64,000 bases of DNA. Origin: an uncultured Methanoregulaceae archaeon. GTDB taxonomy: Archaea; Halobacteriota; Methanomicrobia; Methanomicrobiales; Methanospirillaceae. This document shows, one piece after another, positions 43,622 to 54,578 of the stretch. Under the pieces are notes generated by a model. It saw only the letters and a program-made list of their open reading frames with translations, was not told the origin of the DNA and searched no databases. Both the position numbers and the translations under genes were made by a program. The stretch's first letter is position 1, and each line of letters starts with the position of its first letter. The stretch is taken from the NCBI GenBank assembly GCA_963841015.1, contig CAWJAX010000003.1, forward strand, positions 512,001 through 576,000, given 5' to 3'.

Positions 43622-44341
43622 GTGCAGGCAAAGGTCTGGTTTGTCGGAGCAGGTCCCGGAAACCCTGACCTTATTACCGTCAAGGGACTCTCCCTTCTCC
43701 GAAATGCAGATGTTCTCATCTATGCCGGATCCCTGGTCAATCCTGTGCTCATCGAAAAGTCCGGAGCAGCAATCAAGCTTGACAGCTGGGGTATGCATCT
43801 GGATGAGCTTGTAACAGCGATGGAGATGCCGGCCAAATCCGGAAAAACCGTTGTCAGGCTCCATTCCGGTGACCCCTCGCTCTATGGGGCGATCGTCGAG
43901 CAGATTGAAGAACTGGAGAGGCGGGGGATCACCGTCGAGATCGTCCCCGGGGTATCATCACTCTTTGCAGCGGCAGCTGCACTGGGGACCCAGCTTACCC
44001 TTCGCGGGGTGTCTGAATCCCTGATTGTTACGCGACCGGCCGGAAAAACGCTCACTCACGACCAGATCGCAGAACTCTCATCCCTTGGTTCTACCATGGT
44101 CATCTTCCTCGGCACCGAAAAACTCGGGGAGATTACAAAAAAACTGAATTGTCCGCAGGACACACCGGCAGCAGTTGTGTATCACGCATCATGGCCGGAT
44201 CAGAAAATTGTACGGGGAACCATTGCAGATATTGCACAAAAAGCACAAGCTCACGGGATCGAACACACAGCACTCCTGATTGTAGGGGGTGTGGTTGACC
44301 CCCACAGGAAAGGTTACACGAGGTCATATCTCTACTCATGA
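43622..44341 (+). CDS. cbiF: Cobalt-precorrin-4 C11-methyltransferase
   Basis: YAGSLV, RLHSGDPSLYGAI.EQ and RSYLY motifs. Confidence 0.92.
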   Translation: MQAKVWFVGAGPGNPDLITVKGLSLLRNADVLIYAGSLVNPVLIEKSGAAIKLDSWGMHLDELVTAMEMPAKSGKTVVRLHSGDPSLYGAIVEQIEELERRGITVEIVPGVSSLFAAAAALGTQLTLRGVSESLIVTRPAGKTLTHDQIAELSSLGSTMVIFLGTEKLGEITKKLNCPQDTPAAVVYHASWPDQKIVRGTIADIAQKAQAHGIEHTALLIVGGVVDPHRKGYTRSYLYS

Positions 44342-45211
44342 ATGATACGGTAGTCATCGCACTCTCCCGGTTTTTGGGCGAAGCAGAACAGGTCGCAAAG
44401 TTTCTTGGCGCTGATGTCCGGTTGTATACCCCTACAATTTTTTCAAAGCTGTTTCCGAATACACGGCGGATTGTCGCAATCATGTCGATGGGAATTGTTG
44501 TGCGCAGGATCGCTCCTCTGATGAATAATAAATGGAATGATCCCGCGGTGGTCGTGGTGAGCCCTGACCTTACCTACGCCATTCCGGTTATCGGCGGTCA
44601 TCATGGAGCAAATGAACTCGCAAAAGAGTTGTCAGCACTGGGTATCCGGCCGGTTATCACAACAGCAACTGAAGCTGACCGGCAGGGATTCTGTTGAAGC
44701 ACTCGCTCAACGAAGCAAATGTGAGGTCGTTAACAGGGAGTCAACACGAAAGGTGAATGCCGCTATGCTTGACGTGGATGTCCCGGTTTTTACCGTGAAA
44801 GGTCCCGGCATAGTCATAGCAGGTTCAGATGTTTCCATCCTGTTAAAGAAAGGGGAATATACTGTTGGTGTCGGGTGTCGCAAAGGAGTGAAAAGCCAGG
44901 AAGTTATCGATGCGATACGCAAGGCACTTGAAGAAGCAAAGGTGGCAGAACACGAAGTACTGGTCTATGCAACAACGCAGAAGAAGAGTGGTGAGAAAGG
45001 ACTCCTCCAGGCAATCTCTGCCCTTTCTGGCAACTTGATATTCCTTGACGATGATACCATAAACGCTCATGGCGGGGTTACCCCGTCCCGGGCAACAAAG
45101 ATCGGGCTTTTGGGTGTTGCCGAGCCAGCTGCCCTTGCCGTCGCAAAAAGAAAACAGCTTGTCATGCACAAGAAAGTATACGGGAGAGTTACGGTTGCCA
45201 TCGCACACTGA
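44338..45211 (+). CDS. cbiG: Cobalt-precorrin-5A hydrolase; +1 frameshift near 44674
   Basis: GIVVR.IAP..K..DPAVV, GGHHGAN, ITTATE, GVGCRKG and GVAEPAAL motifs. Confidence 0.88.
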
Positions 45212-45980
45212 ACCAAAAAAAGGGAGCCTTGCCATAGTCGGTCTTGGGCCCGGACGCAGGGAATACATGACCCCCCGGGCACTCAAGGTAATAGCCTGCG
45301 CGGACTATGTGATTGGCAATGCCCTCTATCTTGATCCTCTTGAACCATTACTTTCGGGAAAAACCGTGATCCGGAGCTCGATGGGAAAAGAGGTTGAACG
45401 GGCGCAACAGGCAATCGATCTTGCCCAGTCCTCCGTGGTTGCGATCGTCTCCGGAGGAGATGCCGGGGTCTATGGCATGGCGAGCATCGTCCTTGAAGTC
45501 CTCGAACATTCCGGTGCTGAGATCGATGTCGAGGTGATCCCGGGTGTCACCGCGGCAAATGCTGCAGCATCAAGGATCGGATCTCCCCTGTCCGGTGATT
45601 TTGCAGTCATCAGTTTATCGGACCTGTTGACCCCGCTCGAGGTGATTGAGCAACGGCTTGACGCGGTCTTTTCAGTAGGGATCCCGGTAGTGCTCTACAA
45701 CCCGAAGAGCCGGGGAAGACCGCATAATTTTGCACTTGCCATAGCACATGCCCGCAAGTATCTTGGGGCAGAAACACCCATAGCAATCATCAGGAACGCG
45801 TTACGCGATGATGAAGAAGTGATCGTGACGACACTCTCCGACGTGGAAAAGGTTGAGAACGCTGTGGACATGCATACAACAGTAATTATCGGGGGAAAAG
45901 AAAGCAGGATATGGAGGATGGGTGACGATGTCAAAGGAATTATCACGCCACGGGGATACCACCACAAATACGTATATTGA
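45195..45980 (+). CDS. cbiH: Cobalt-precorrin-3B C17-methyltransferase
   Basis: VSGGDAGVYGM, ISLSDLLTP, LYNP.S..R and TPRGY motifs; TTG start inferred. Confidence 0.9.
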   Translation: MPSHTEPKKGSLAIVGLGPGRREYMTPRALKVIACADYVIGNALYLDPLEPLLSGKTVIRSSMGKEVERAQQAIDLAQSSVVAIVSGGDAGVYGMASIVLEVLEHSGAEIDVEVIPGVTAANAAASRIGSPLSGDFAVISLSDLLTPLEVIEQRLDAVFSVGIPVVLYNPKSRGRPHNFALAIAHARKYLGAETPIAIIRNALRDDEEVIVTTLSDVEKVENAVDMHTTVIIGGKESRIWRMGDDVKGIITPRGYHHKYVY

Positions 45981-46590
45981 TCCCGGTGCTGAAACCAAAG
46001 AAGCCTACGAGATCTCGAAAAAATCGCGGACACTTGCACGAACCATGGTTGGTAATGCAAATGACGAAGACCGTGTCCGGCAGCGGTGTTCTATCGCCGT
46101 CGGTGATTTTGGCATGGCTGAACTTATGAGATTCCAGCGTGATCCTATTGCCGCAGCACTGGCTGCACTGGAGCAGAACGCACTCATTATCACCGATATC
46201 CGCATGGTGCAGGTCGGGATCCAGAAAAAGGGGCACGCAAGCGAAGTGCTGTGTGCACTTGACTTCGGAGCAGGGATCGCAAAGGAGCAGGGAATTACCC
46301 GGAGTTCAGCCGGCTTTCTTGCCCTCAGGGAAAAACTTGCAGGGTCGATCGTCGTCATTGGCAACGCACCGTCAGCACTCCTGTCCCTGTGCGAAATGAT
46401 CAAAGCGGGAATTCACCCGGCCATTATCATCGGAGCCCCGGTAGGATTTGTCAACGCAGCGGAGTCAAAGGAACTGCTCCGCACGAGTGATGTGCCTTCG
46501 ATTTCAACGGAAGGAACACGGGGAGGCACACCGGTTGCAGTTGCCGCCATGAACGAGTGCATCACGATATTTATAGAAAGGCACCACTGA
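45928..46590 (+). CDS. cbiC: Cobalt-precorrin-8 methylmutase
   Basis: IGNAPSAL, PVGFVNAAESK and GTRGGTPVA motifs. Confidence 0.92.
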   Translation: MSKELSRHGDTTTNTYIDPGAETKEAYEISKKSRTLARTMVGNANDEDRVRQRCSIAVGDFGMAELMRFQRDPIAAALAALEQNALIITDIRMVQVGIQKKGHASEVLCALDFGAGIAKEQGITRSSAGFLALREKLAGSIVVIGNAPSALLSLCEMIKAGIHPAIIIGAPVGFVNAAESKELLRTSDVPSISTEGTRGGTPVAVAAMNECITIFIERHH

Positions 46591-47594
46591 TGAGAGATCC
46601 GGTCACCGGCTTTGATTATCCTGAAGCGTGGGTGAAGAAGTGTTCATCCCCGGATTTACTCCATCTTGCAGAGGAAGGGTTGGCAGTCCTTACTTCCTCG
46701 GGTACAGTGATCCGGCGCGGCTATACCACGGGAACAACCGCTGCTGCTGCCTGCAAAGCTGCCATTCTTTCTCTTTCCGGTGTTGTGACCTCGGTTCCTG
46801 TCCATATCCCCTGCGGGCTTGTAGTTTCTGTCCCGGTCTTTGCATTAGCCGGGAATGCCTCCTGTAAAAAATTTGCCGGAGATTATCCGGATGATGTGAC
46901 TGCTGATTGTGAGTTTATCGCAGAAGCAAAACCGTTACCGGAAGGAATCCGGTTTGTTCCGGGGGAGGGGATCGGGCGGTTTTCACGCGACACCCCCCGC
47001 TTCCGGAAAGGAGAACCGGCTATCAGTCCTGCTCCGCTGGAATGTATCCTCACCTCTATACAGGAAGCAATGGACCAGCAGGAACTTTCAGGTGTCCGGG
47101 TCAAGCTCCAGATCCCCCATGGTGTTGAGATTGCAAAAAAAACTCTTAATTCCCGGGTAGGTATCGAGAGAGGAATCTCCGTGCTCGGTACTACCGGTCT
47201 CGTCGAACCATGGGATGATCATCTTGAAGATGCTATGCGGGAACGCGTATCCACATCCCACGATGCAGTACTCACTACCGGTCGTATCGGGCTCCGGTAC
47301 GCACGCCTCCTCTATCCGGATCGTGATATTGTGCTCGTGGGCGGGAAAATCGGAGAAGCACTCGAAGCAGCCAAAGGAGAGGTGATCCTTTTTGGCCTCC
47401 CGGCACTCATACTGCGGTATATCAATCCGCTTATCCTCGATGGGACTGGGTATGCCACTATTGAGGAATTTGCAGGATCTCCCGCATTTGACCCTGCCAT
47501 GAATGCCAGCCTTATGCAATTCAAAAAAGACTACCCGCAGGTCAGGGTAGTTCTTGTGAACCGGAATGGTGTGATTATCGGAGAAAGCCCATGA
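46590..47594 (+). CDS. cbiD: Cobalt-precorrin-5B C1-methyltransferase
   Basis: RRGYTTGTTAAAA, K.AGD..DVT and GISVLGTTG.V.P motifs. Confidence 0.92.
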   Translation: MRDPVTGFDYPEAWVKKCSSPDLLHLAEEGLAVLTSSGTVIRRGYTTGTTAAAACKAAILSLSGVVTSVPVHIPCGLVVSVPVFALAGNASCKKFAGDYPDDVTADCEFIAEAKPLPEGIRFVPGEGIGRFSRDTPRFRKGEPAISPAPLECILTSIQEAMDQQELSGVRVKLQIPHGVEIAKKTLNSRVGIERGISVLGTTGLVEPWDDHLEDAMRERVSTSHDAVLTTGRIGLRYARLLYPDRDIVLVGGKIGEALEAAKGEVILFGLPALILRYINPLILDGTGYATIEEFAGSPAFDPAMNASLMQFKKDYPQVRVVLVNRNGVIIGESP

Positions 47595-48172
47595 AAATTA
47601 TAGGAGTCGGTTGCGGACCAGGGATGCTCACCGAACAGGCAATCCGTGAGATTTCCCGGGCTACCATTATCTTCGGATCAGACCGGGCAATCGAACTGGC
47701 AAAATCACATATTCCATTTGACTGTACGGTAAAAACAATCGATGACTTCAAAAATCTTGACAAACTCGCAAAAGACGCCATTATTCTTTCCACCGGCGAT
47801 CCAATGCTTGCCGGATTAGGATATTTAAGGGGTGAAGTTATTCCCGGAATATCATCCCTCCAGGTCGCAACAGCCCGGTTGCATATTCCCGTTTCACGGG
47901 TATCAGTTGTTGTAGCACATGGCAAGGGACATGAAAAGGGCATGCAGGATACTGTTGAAGAGGTAAAACGTGGGAAGATCGTTTTCCTGCTGGCTGATCC
48001 AAAGTTCGACGTTCATGAGCTCTACGCAAGGCTTGAGACACTTTCCATTCCCCTGAATATTGCACTCTGTGAAAATCTCGGGTATCCTGAAGAACGCATC
48101 CTTATTCGGGACATCCGCTCTCCCCCCAACCCGGCTGAAGCACTCTATTCCCTGGTTATCGGAAATTTCTGA
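47591..48172 (+). CDS. cbiE: Cobalt-precorrin-7 C5-methyltransferase
   Basis: STGDP, PGISSLQ.A.ARL and ENLGYP.ERI motifs. Confidence 0.88.
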   Translation: MKIIGVGCGPGMLTEQAIREISRATIIFGSDRAIELAKSHIPFDCTVKTIDDFKNLDKLAKDAIILSTGDPMLAGLGYLRGEVIPGISSLQVATARLHIPVSRVSVVVAHGKGHEKGMQDTVEEVKRGKIVFLLADPKFDVHELYARLETLSIPLNIALCENLGYPEERILIRDIRSPPNPAEALYSLVIGNF

Positions 48173-48261
48173 CCAGACCAGATTTCCTTTTAGATTTATC
48201 GTGGAACAACAAAGTCTTTTTCCTGCCGGATTCGATACGTTTAATGAAAGGAAGTATACCG

Positions 48262-48438
48262 ATGGATAAAAAAACCAAAACACAGGTCAGTCTTGTATTG
48301 TTAATTATTGGTCTGATAATGCTCTTCATTCCTTACTTAAAATATTTTGATTCGATAGTTCCGGGGATATCCCAGTCTTTTAATCTTATGTTCTACCTGG
48401 GACTCGTGTTGATCGTTATCGGATACTACCTTAAATAA
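48262..48438 (+). CDS. Small two-TM protein (58 aa)
   Basis: Two hydrophobic helices in a clean ORF. Confidence 0.6.
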   Translation: MDKKTKTQVSLVLLIIGLIMLFIPYLKYFDSIVPGISQSFNLMFYLGLVLIVIGYYLK

Positions 48439-48461
48439 CGGGTACAGGTGAAGAAGAACCC

Positions 48462-48986
48462 TTATTTTTTTCCAGGCTCGCTGGCATCAGGTTTTTTTAC
48501 CTCTTCAATTTTAATTTCACACTGGCGATCGCCGGTACACATGGTCCTGACAAACCGTGCAGAGTACCCCTTATTCAGGAGTGGCACCGTAGTCAGGGTT
48601 AACACCATGCACTTGTGGAACGTGGAGGGGTCTCCCGCTTCCCGGTCAAGACCGCTGTCCGGTAACGGGCATCGTTTGACAAGAACCACCGCACCGCTCG
48701 GGGATATTTCAAGGGTTTCAGCAGTATAATCAGGGCCAAAGAGAATCCCCATAACAATCCGCATACTGTCAGCAAGCTGACCCGCATTACCATCAGGGAG
48801 AGAGAGATCGTGGACAATATCAGATGCCATACGTGAGAGTTCCATCCAGATCTCCTGCTCGATCTCATCGTATTTCTCTCCAACAACTCCCCGGTATGCA
48901 GAATCATAAAGAGCAGGGAGAAGAGCCGCCAGCTGTGCGGCAAGACGCCATTTCACGCCATCGGGAATAGATTTCAGGTCCGGCAC
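48462..48986 (-). CDS. V4R/ATC-hydrolase-like Cys-containing protein
   Basis: RCP, KC and MC.GD..C motifs. Confidence 0.7.
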   Translation of the reverse strand: MPDLKSIPDGVKWRLAAQLAALLPALYDSAYRGVVGEKYDEIEQEIWMELSRMASDIVHDLSLPDGNAGQLADSMRIVMGILFGPDYTAETLEISPSGAVVLVKRCPLPDSGLDREAGDPSTFHKCMVLTLTTVPLLNKGYSARFVRTMCTGDRQCEIKIEEVKKPDASEPGKK

Positions 48987-49277
48987 AGGAATCCCCTCTA
49001 CCCGATTCTATCGTTGAAACAGCATATCAATACATTGGTTTGAAATATTGTTTGATAGATCAATACATTTTTCATCATGGATCATGGGGAATTAAATTCT
49101 GTCAATTATTCTGACAGGGAAGACATGAGGGGAACAAAGCCCTTTTCGTAGTACAAACATGAATTTTCAAAAGCAGAAAGATGGGGAAAATTTTTGAGAT
49201 GAGAGTGAAATATTTTTGTGTTCCCCGCATTGATCTGTTGTTTCCTGTCGAAAGCCTGTATAAATGACGGTTTCAGC

Positions 49278-49622
49278 TTACCTGCCGCAGTAGAGATCAA
49301 TCGATTTTTCGATGCACAACGTGGCTTCTTTGGCCTGCCCAAGTTTCTTCAGACTCATTCCTTTGTTAAACCACGCTTCTGCATGGCCGGGATCGATCTG
49401 TAGTGCTTTGTCATAGGATGCGATCGCATCTTCTGGTTTACCCTGGCAATCCTGACAATTCCCCAGTAAGGTATATGCCTCTGCATACCGGGGATATTTA
49501 TCGATTGCTTTTTTAAGATAATTCTCTGCTGATGCATGATCTCCTGCCATTGCTTTCTCCTGCGCCTGCCTGACCAGATATTCGGCTTCTCTTACGGTGC
49601 TGTGCATTGCCTGAAGTTCCAT
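49278..49622 (-). CDS. Tetratricopeptide repeat protein
   Basis: AY..LG...G..E.A...YDKAL.IDP and AWFNKG repeats; GGAGG RBS. Confidence 0.88.
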   Translation of the reverse strand: MELQAMHSTVREAEYLVRQAQEKAMAGDHASAENYLKKAIDKYPRYAEAYTLLGNCQDCQGKPEDAIASYDKALQIDPGHAEAWFNKGMSLKKLGQAKEATLCIEKSIDLYCGR

Positions 49623-50381
49623 TTTTACTACCTCCATGCCACGTGATCATCGCCAGGATGCTCCGTGACTGAATTTTAATAATTTTTATTTATTTATATT
49701 AATTTGCACAATATAATTGCAATATATATATGAAATACAGGTCTGCATCAAAGGTTGCCATGCAAATATTCTTTTTGATATTCACCGAGGAAGATATCTT
49801 CTCATTCTACTGGTAACCTTCCTCATAAGGAATTCTCTCTGTGCACGAATACAGCAGTTCATCGAATTATTACTATTCATCCTGACTGGACAACCCCGCC
49901 AGTCGTTAATGAATGCATTTTTTAGTTACAGAAAAAAGAGGAATCTGTATTGCCGGAGAGCGATTGATGTAGTAAAAAGCAATGATCAGTAGTCAAGATC
50001 CGCCAAAATTTTCCCTTGTAAGAAAATAGATTGCAGAAATTCATATTATTTGAGGAAAACGTTTGGTCAGGGCAATGGCAGTTCCGTTGCTGGTAATAAT
50101 GAAAGGCATAAAAATCCTGAACCTGTTTTCATTTCATTAGTAAAAATACTAAGATATTCAGAAAGAAAAACGGTTTTCAAGAAGATATTTACTATTTAAT
50201 CCATGCGTTTGCGGCAAATGCCATTAGTGTTTCATGAATGATAATAACTAAAAACTGTAAATTTTGATTGAGAGTAAAATATATTAAAAATATATCTTTC
50301 GGATGTTATTTGAATTCCCCACCAATAAATCACAAGGTTTAATCTTGGTTGATCCAATTCGCAATTGTAGGAGGTATTCTT

Positions 50382-52445
50382 ATGGATGTAAAGTACGTAC
50401 CAACCACGTGTCCGTATTGCGGGACCGGCTGCGGCTTCAACCTTGTTGTCAAAGACAAGAAGGTTGTAGGAGTCGCGCCGTGGCACCGCAACCCGGTTAA
50501 CGACGGCAAGCTCTGCCCGAAGGGCAACTATGCCGCAGAATTTATCAACAGTCCTGACCGCCTGACAAAGCCGCTCATCAAGAAGGAGGGGAAATTTGTC
50601 GAGGCGAGCTGGGACGAGGCATACAAGCTGATTGCCGAGAAGTTCAAGATGTATCAGGGCGAACAGAGCGCCTGCCTTGCATCAGCCCGTGTCTCCAACG
50701 AGGAGAACTACCTGATGCAGAAGTTTGCCCGGGCGGTTTTAAAGACCCCCAACATCGACCACTGTGCCCGTCTCTGCCATGCATCGACGGTCGTCGGTCT
50801 GGCCGGTGCGTTCGGGTCCGGTGCGATGACCCAGTCGATTGCCGATATTGCCGAATCCAAGTGTCTCTTAATTATCGGCAGCAACACGTTTGAGACGCAC
50901 CCGCTGATCGGTCGCCGTGTCATGCAGGCCAAGGCGAAGGGTGCGAAAGTCATCTACGCCGACCCGCGGTTCACCCCCACCGGGAAGCAGGCAGACCTGT
51001 ACCTTCCGTTTTACTCCGGAACTGATGTCGCCATCTTCAACTGCTTCATGCAGCAGATCCTGAAGAACGGCTGGGAGAACAAGGACTTCGTTGCGAAACG
51101 GACCAAGGATTTCGAGAAGGTCAAAGAGATCGTCATGAAGGACGCCTATAGTCCGGCAAACGTCTCGAAGATCAGTGGTATCCCCGAAAAGGACCTCATC
51201 ACGGCGGCAGAGTGGTTTGGCAAGTCCGGCCAGTCCGCGGTCCTCTACTCCATGGGTATCACCCAGCACACGACCGGTGTCGACAATGTCAAGTCGATCG
51301 CCAACCTCCAGATGCTCACCGGCAATCTCGGCAGACCTGGTACCGGCATCTGTGCACTGCGTGGCCAGAACAATGTTCAGGGCGCCTGTGACATGGGTGC
51401 TCTTGCCAATGTGTATTCCGGTTATCAGGGAGTCATTGTCCCCGAAAATAAGAAGAAGATGGAGGATGCCTGGGGCTGCGAGATTGCCGAGGGCAAAGTC
51501 GGTTTAACCGTCACCAAGCTGATCAATGTACTTGCTGACGAGCCCGGCAAGGTCAAGTGCGTCTATATCATGGGTGAGAACCCGATGATCTCCGATCCGG
51601 ATCTTCACCATGTTGAAAAGGCAATGAAGAATACCGAATTCATGGTCGTGCAGGATATCTTCATGACCGAGACGGCGAAGTTTGCCCACGTTGTGTTACC
51701 CGCTGCCTGCTATGCTGAGAAGGACGGCACCCAGACCAACACCGAGCGCCGTGTCCAGAAGTGGAGAAAAGCCCAGGAACCGCCCGGCGAGGCCAAGGCC
51801 GACTGGCAGATCTTCTGCGAGCTGGCCAAGCACATGGGATTCGAAAAACAGTTCCCGTACAAGAGTGCAGAAGAGGTATTCACCGAGATCTCCAAGGTCA
51901 CCCCGTCCTATGGTGGCATGGACTATACACGGCTCGAGAAACCCGAAGCCCTGCACTGGCCATGCCCGACAAAGGAGCACCCGGGGACACCCATCCTGCA
52001 CAAGGAGAAGTTCACCCACCCGGACGGACTGGGTATCTTCACGCCGATTGAGTTCAAATACCCGGCAGAAGTTCCGGACAAGGACTACCCGTTGATCCTG
52101 ACCACCGGTCGCTGTATCTGGCAGTGGCACACCGGGACCATGACCCGCCGCTCCGAGAGTCTCGAGCGCGAAGAACCGACCGGCTGGGTCGAGATCAACC
52201 CGGAGGATGCAAAAGCCCTCAATATCAAGGACAAGGAGATGGTCAAGGCCATCACCCGAAGAGGGGAGATCAAGATCGGTGCACGGGTCACCCCCAACAT
52301 CAAGAAAGGTGTAGTCTTCATCCCGTTCCACTACGTGGAATGTGCAGCCAACACACTGACCAACAATGCGCTTGACCCGACGGCAAGTATTCCGGAGTTC
52401 AAGGCCTGTGCTGTGCGGATAGAGAAGATCCCGGAGGTGAAGTAA
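50382..52445 (+). CDS. fdhA: Formate dehydrogenase alpha subunit (Cys-type)
   Basis: CPYCGTGC, LCPKG, DHCARLCH and RGQNNVQG motifs; GGAGG RBS. Confidence 0.96.
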   Translation: MDVKYVPTTCPYCGTGCGFNLVVKDKKVVGVAPWHRNPVNDGKLCPKGNYAAEFINSPDRLTKPLIKKEGKFVEASWDEAYKLIAEKFKMYQGEQSACLASARVSNEENYLMQKFARAVLKTPNIDHCARLCHASTVVGLAGAFGSGAMTQSIADIAESKCLLIIGSNTFETHPLIGRRVMQAKAKGAKVIYADPRFTPTGKQADLYLPFYSGTDVAIFNCFMQQILKNGWENKDFVAKRTKDFEKVKEIVMKDAYSPANVSKISGIPEKDLITAAEWFGKSGQSAVLYSMGITQHTTGVDNVKSIANLQMLTGNLGRPGTGICALRGQNNVQGACDMGALANVYSGYQGVIVPENKKKMEDAWGCEIAEGKVGLTVTKLINVLADEPGKVKCVYIMGENPMISDPDLHHVEKAMKNTEFMVVQDIFMTETAKFAHVVLPAACYAEKDGTQTNTERRVQKWRKAQEPPGEAKADWQIFCELAKHMGFEKQFPYKSAEEVFTEISKVTPSYGGMDYTRLEKPEALHWPCPTKEHPGTPILHKEKFTHPDGLGIFTPIEFKYPAEVPDKDYPLILTTGRCIWQWHTGTMTRRSESLEREEPTGWVEINPEDAKALNIKDKEMVKAITRRGEIKIGARVTPNIKKGVVFIPFHYVECAANTLTNNALDPTASIPEFKACAVRIEKIPEVK

Positions 52446-52446
52446 C

Positions 52447-53622
52447 ATGGGACTATTCGGAAGTACTCCAGCAGTTAAAAAGGGCGATATGCTCTACGCA
52501 TGGACCAACGATGCGGACATCAAGAAGAAAGCTGAACTTGGCGGTGCTGTTACTGCACTCTGGAAACACGCGCTCGAATCCAAAATGGTCGATGCAGTCC
52601 TTGCCATCAGGAAAGGCACTGACCTGTACGATGCACAGCCCGTGATCATCACTGACCCCAAGGCTCTTGCGGGCACGGCTGGTTCACTCCACTGCGGAAC
52701 GCTCCTGCTGCCAAAACTCGTAAAGAAATACCTTGATGGTGCAAAGACCAAGAAGATCGGGGTTACCGTCAAGGGTTGCGATGTTATGGGTTTCCTTGAG
52801 CTTGCCAAGCGCAAGCAGATCAACCTCGACAATATCGTTATGATCGGTGTCAATTGCGGTGGTTCGGTCAGCCCGATCCTGGCCCGCAAGATGATAACCG
52901 ATAAATTCGGGGTCGACCCGGACAAGGTCCACAAGGAAGAGATCGACAAAGGCCAGTTCATCATCGAGTACGAAGGCGGCCACAAAGGCATCTCCATCGA
53001 TGAACTTGAAGATGCCGGTGACGGGCGCAGGTCCAACTGCCGCCGATGCAAGTACAAAATCCCGCGACAGGCAGACCTCGCCTGCGGGAACTGGGGTGTT
53101 ATCGGCGACAAGGCTGGCAAGGCAACCTTTGTGGAAGTCTGCAGCGAGAAGGGTGCAAACCTGGTCAGCGGAGCAGTGAAATCCGGTATCCTTGCAACTG
53201 AAGCTGCAAATCCCAAGGGTCTCGAGATCCGGGGCAAAGTCGAGGGCGCAATGTTCAAACTCGGCGACAAGTGGAGGAAGAAAGATTTCACCGCGCTTGG
53301 GGCAAATCTCTGGGAAACGATCAACAAAGAAACGTCGCGGTGCATCAAGTGCTATTCCTGTATTGAGAACTGCCCGGTCTGTTTCACTGCTGGAGACGAG
53401 CTGAAAAAGGACACCCTCATGATCAAACGGGGAGAGCTTCCGCCGAATCCAATGTTCCACGTCAGGCGTTTCGCCCACATTTCAGATTCCTGCATCAACT
53501 GTGGCCAGTGCGAAGAACTCTGCCCGATGGATATTCCCATGGCACTCTTCTCGCATGCAATCCGCGTGGAAGGAGACGCTGCTTTCGAGCCTAAACTGGG
53601 TAAAGCAACCTATTCCAATTAA
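52447..53622 (+). CDS. fdhB: F420-reducing formate dehydrogenase beta subunit (FrhB-like plus ferredoxin motifs)
   Basis: GGAVTA, KGCD, CRRC and ADLACGNWG motifs plus two CxxCxxCxxxCP clusters. Confidence 0.93.
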   Translation: MGLFGSTPAVKKGDMLYAWTNDADIKKKAELGGAVTALWKHALESKMVDAVLAIRKGTDLYDAQPVIITDPKALAGTAGSLHCGTLLLPKLVKKYLDGAKTKKIGVTVKGCDVMGFLELAKRKQINLDNIVMIGVNCGGSVSPILARKMITDKFGVDPDKVHKEEIDKGQFIIEYEGGHKGISIDELEDAGDGRRSNCRRCKYKIPRQADLACGNWGVIGDKAGKATFVEVCSEKGANLVSGAVKSGILATEAANPKGLEIRGKVEGAMFKLGDKWRKKDFTALGANLWETINKETSRCIKCYSCIENCPVCFTAGDELKKDTLMIKRGELPPNPMFHVRRFAHISDSCINCGQCEELCPMDIPMALFSHAIRVEGDAAFEPKLGKATYSN

Positions 53623-53742
53623 TTTTTTTGCCCACTGAAAACTCAGGATGAGTAATTTATATGTGCAAAAAGATGGATGAACGAAGTTGTTAATTAACCG
53701 GTTTAAATGAATTGGATTCTAAATAAGGAGATGAATGAAACG

Positions 53743-54198
53743 ATGAATGCAGATGAAGCAAAGAAGATCATAACAACTGCTATCGACAGGGAAGTCGAGG
53801 CGTATACATTTTACCGTACCGTATCCGAAAAGGCAAAAGACCCGTCATTAAAGAAACTTTTTACTGAACTTGCCGGAGAGGAGAAACAGCACCGGGAATT
53901 CCTGCAGGGGATGCTCACCAAGGATGTAGCAAAGATGCACTTTGAGGCAAAAAAGGACTACAAGGTTGTCAACGCACTCCCGAGCCCCCCACTCTCTGCC
54001 GATATGAAACCACTTGACGGAATTGTTGTTTCAATCAAAAAGGAACTTGAAGCCATGCAGATGTACACCCAGCTTGCAAACCTTTCAACTGACACAGAGC
54101 AGAAGTTTCTCTTCAGCCAGCTTGCAAACATGGAAAGTGGGCACAAAGCCCGGCTTGAGGATATCTATACCAATATGGCTTTCCCCGAAGTCTGGTAA
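53743..54198 (+). CDS. Rubrerythrin/ferritin-like protein
   Basis: E..AY.FY, EE..H and E..H motifs; ends FPEVW. Confidence 0.85.
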   Translation: MNADEAKKIITTAIDREVEAYTFYRTVSEKAKDPSLKKLFTELAGEEKQHREFLQGMLTKDVAKMHFEAKKDYKVVNALPSPPLSADMKPLDGIVVSIKKELEAMQMYTQLANLSTDTEQKFLFSQLANMESGHKARLEDIYTNMAFPEVW

Positions 54199-54578
54199 TA
54201 AAAGAGATATCTTCAGTTCATGGGCGGAGGGGAGGGAAAAGAAGCAGGGATGGAATCTTCTCTGGAGGTAAGGTACAAGTCCGTTACAAGGTGAATTTGA
54301 GGATGCAAATCGCCTTATGATGTAAGCATCTATCCCTGCCTCATTTTTTTTAGCATCTTTTCTGGTACGAACAGAATCTGTCATTTCTATTATGCAAAGG
54401 CAAAGATCGATGAGGTCTTCTATGCTGTTCCTATAGAATTATAACAAACTTATGTTAATAATTTTAATTTATTAAGATTATTTAGTTAATTTTTGATAAA
54501 TAATTATAATTTAGAGATATAATATTAATAATTAACTAAAATCGAAATATATATTATATCGGATGTCTATTTTCAAAT

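Noticed and set aside
50750-50790. Selenocysteine in FdhA
   Set aside because: The active-site codon is Cys in an uninterrupted frame.
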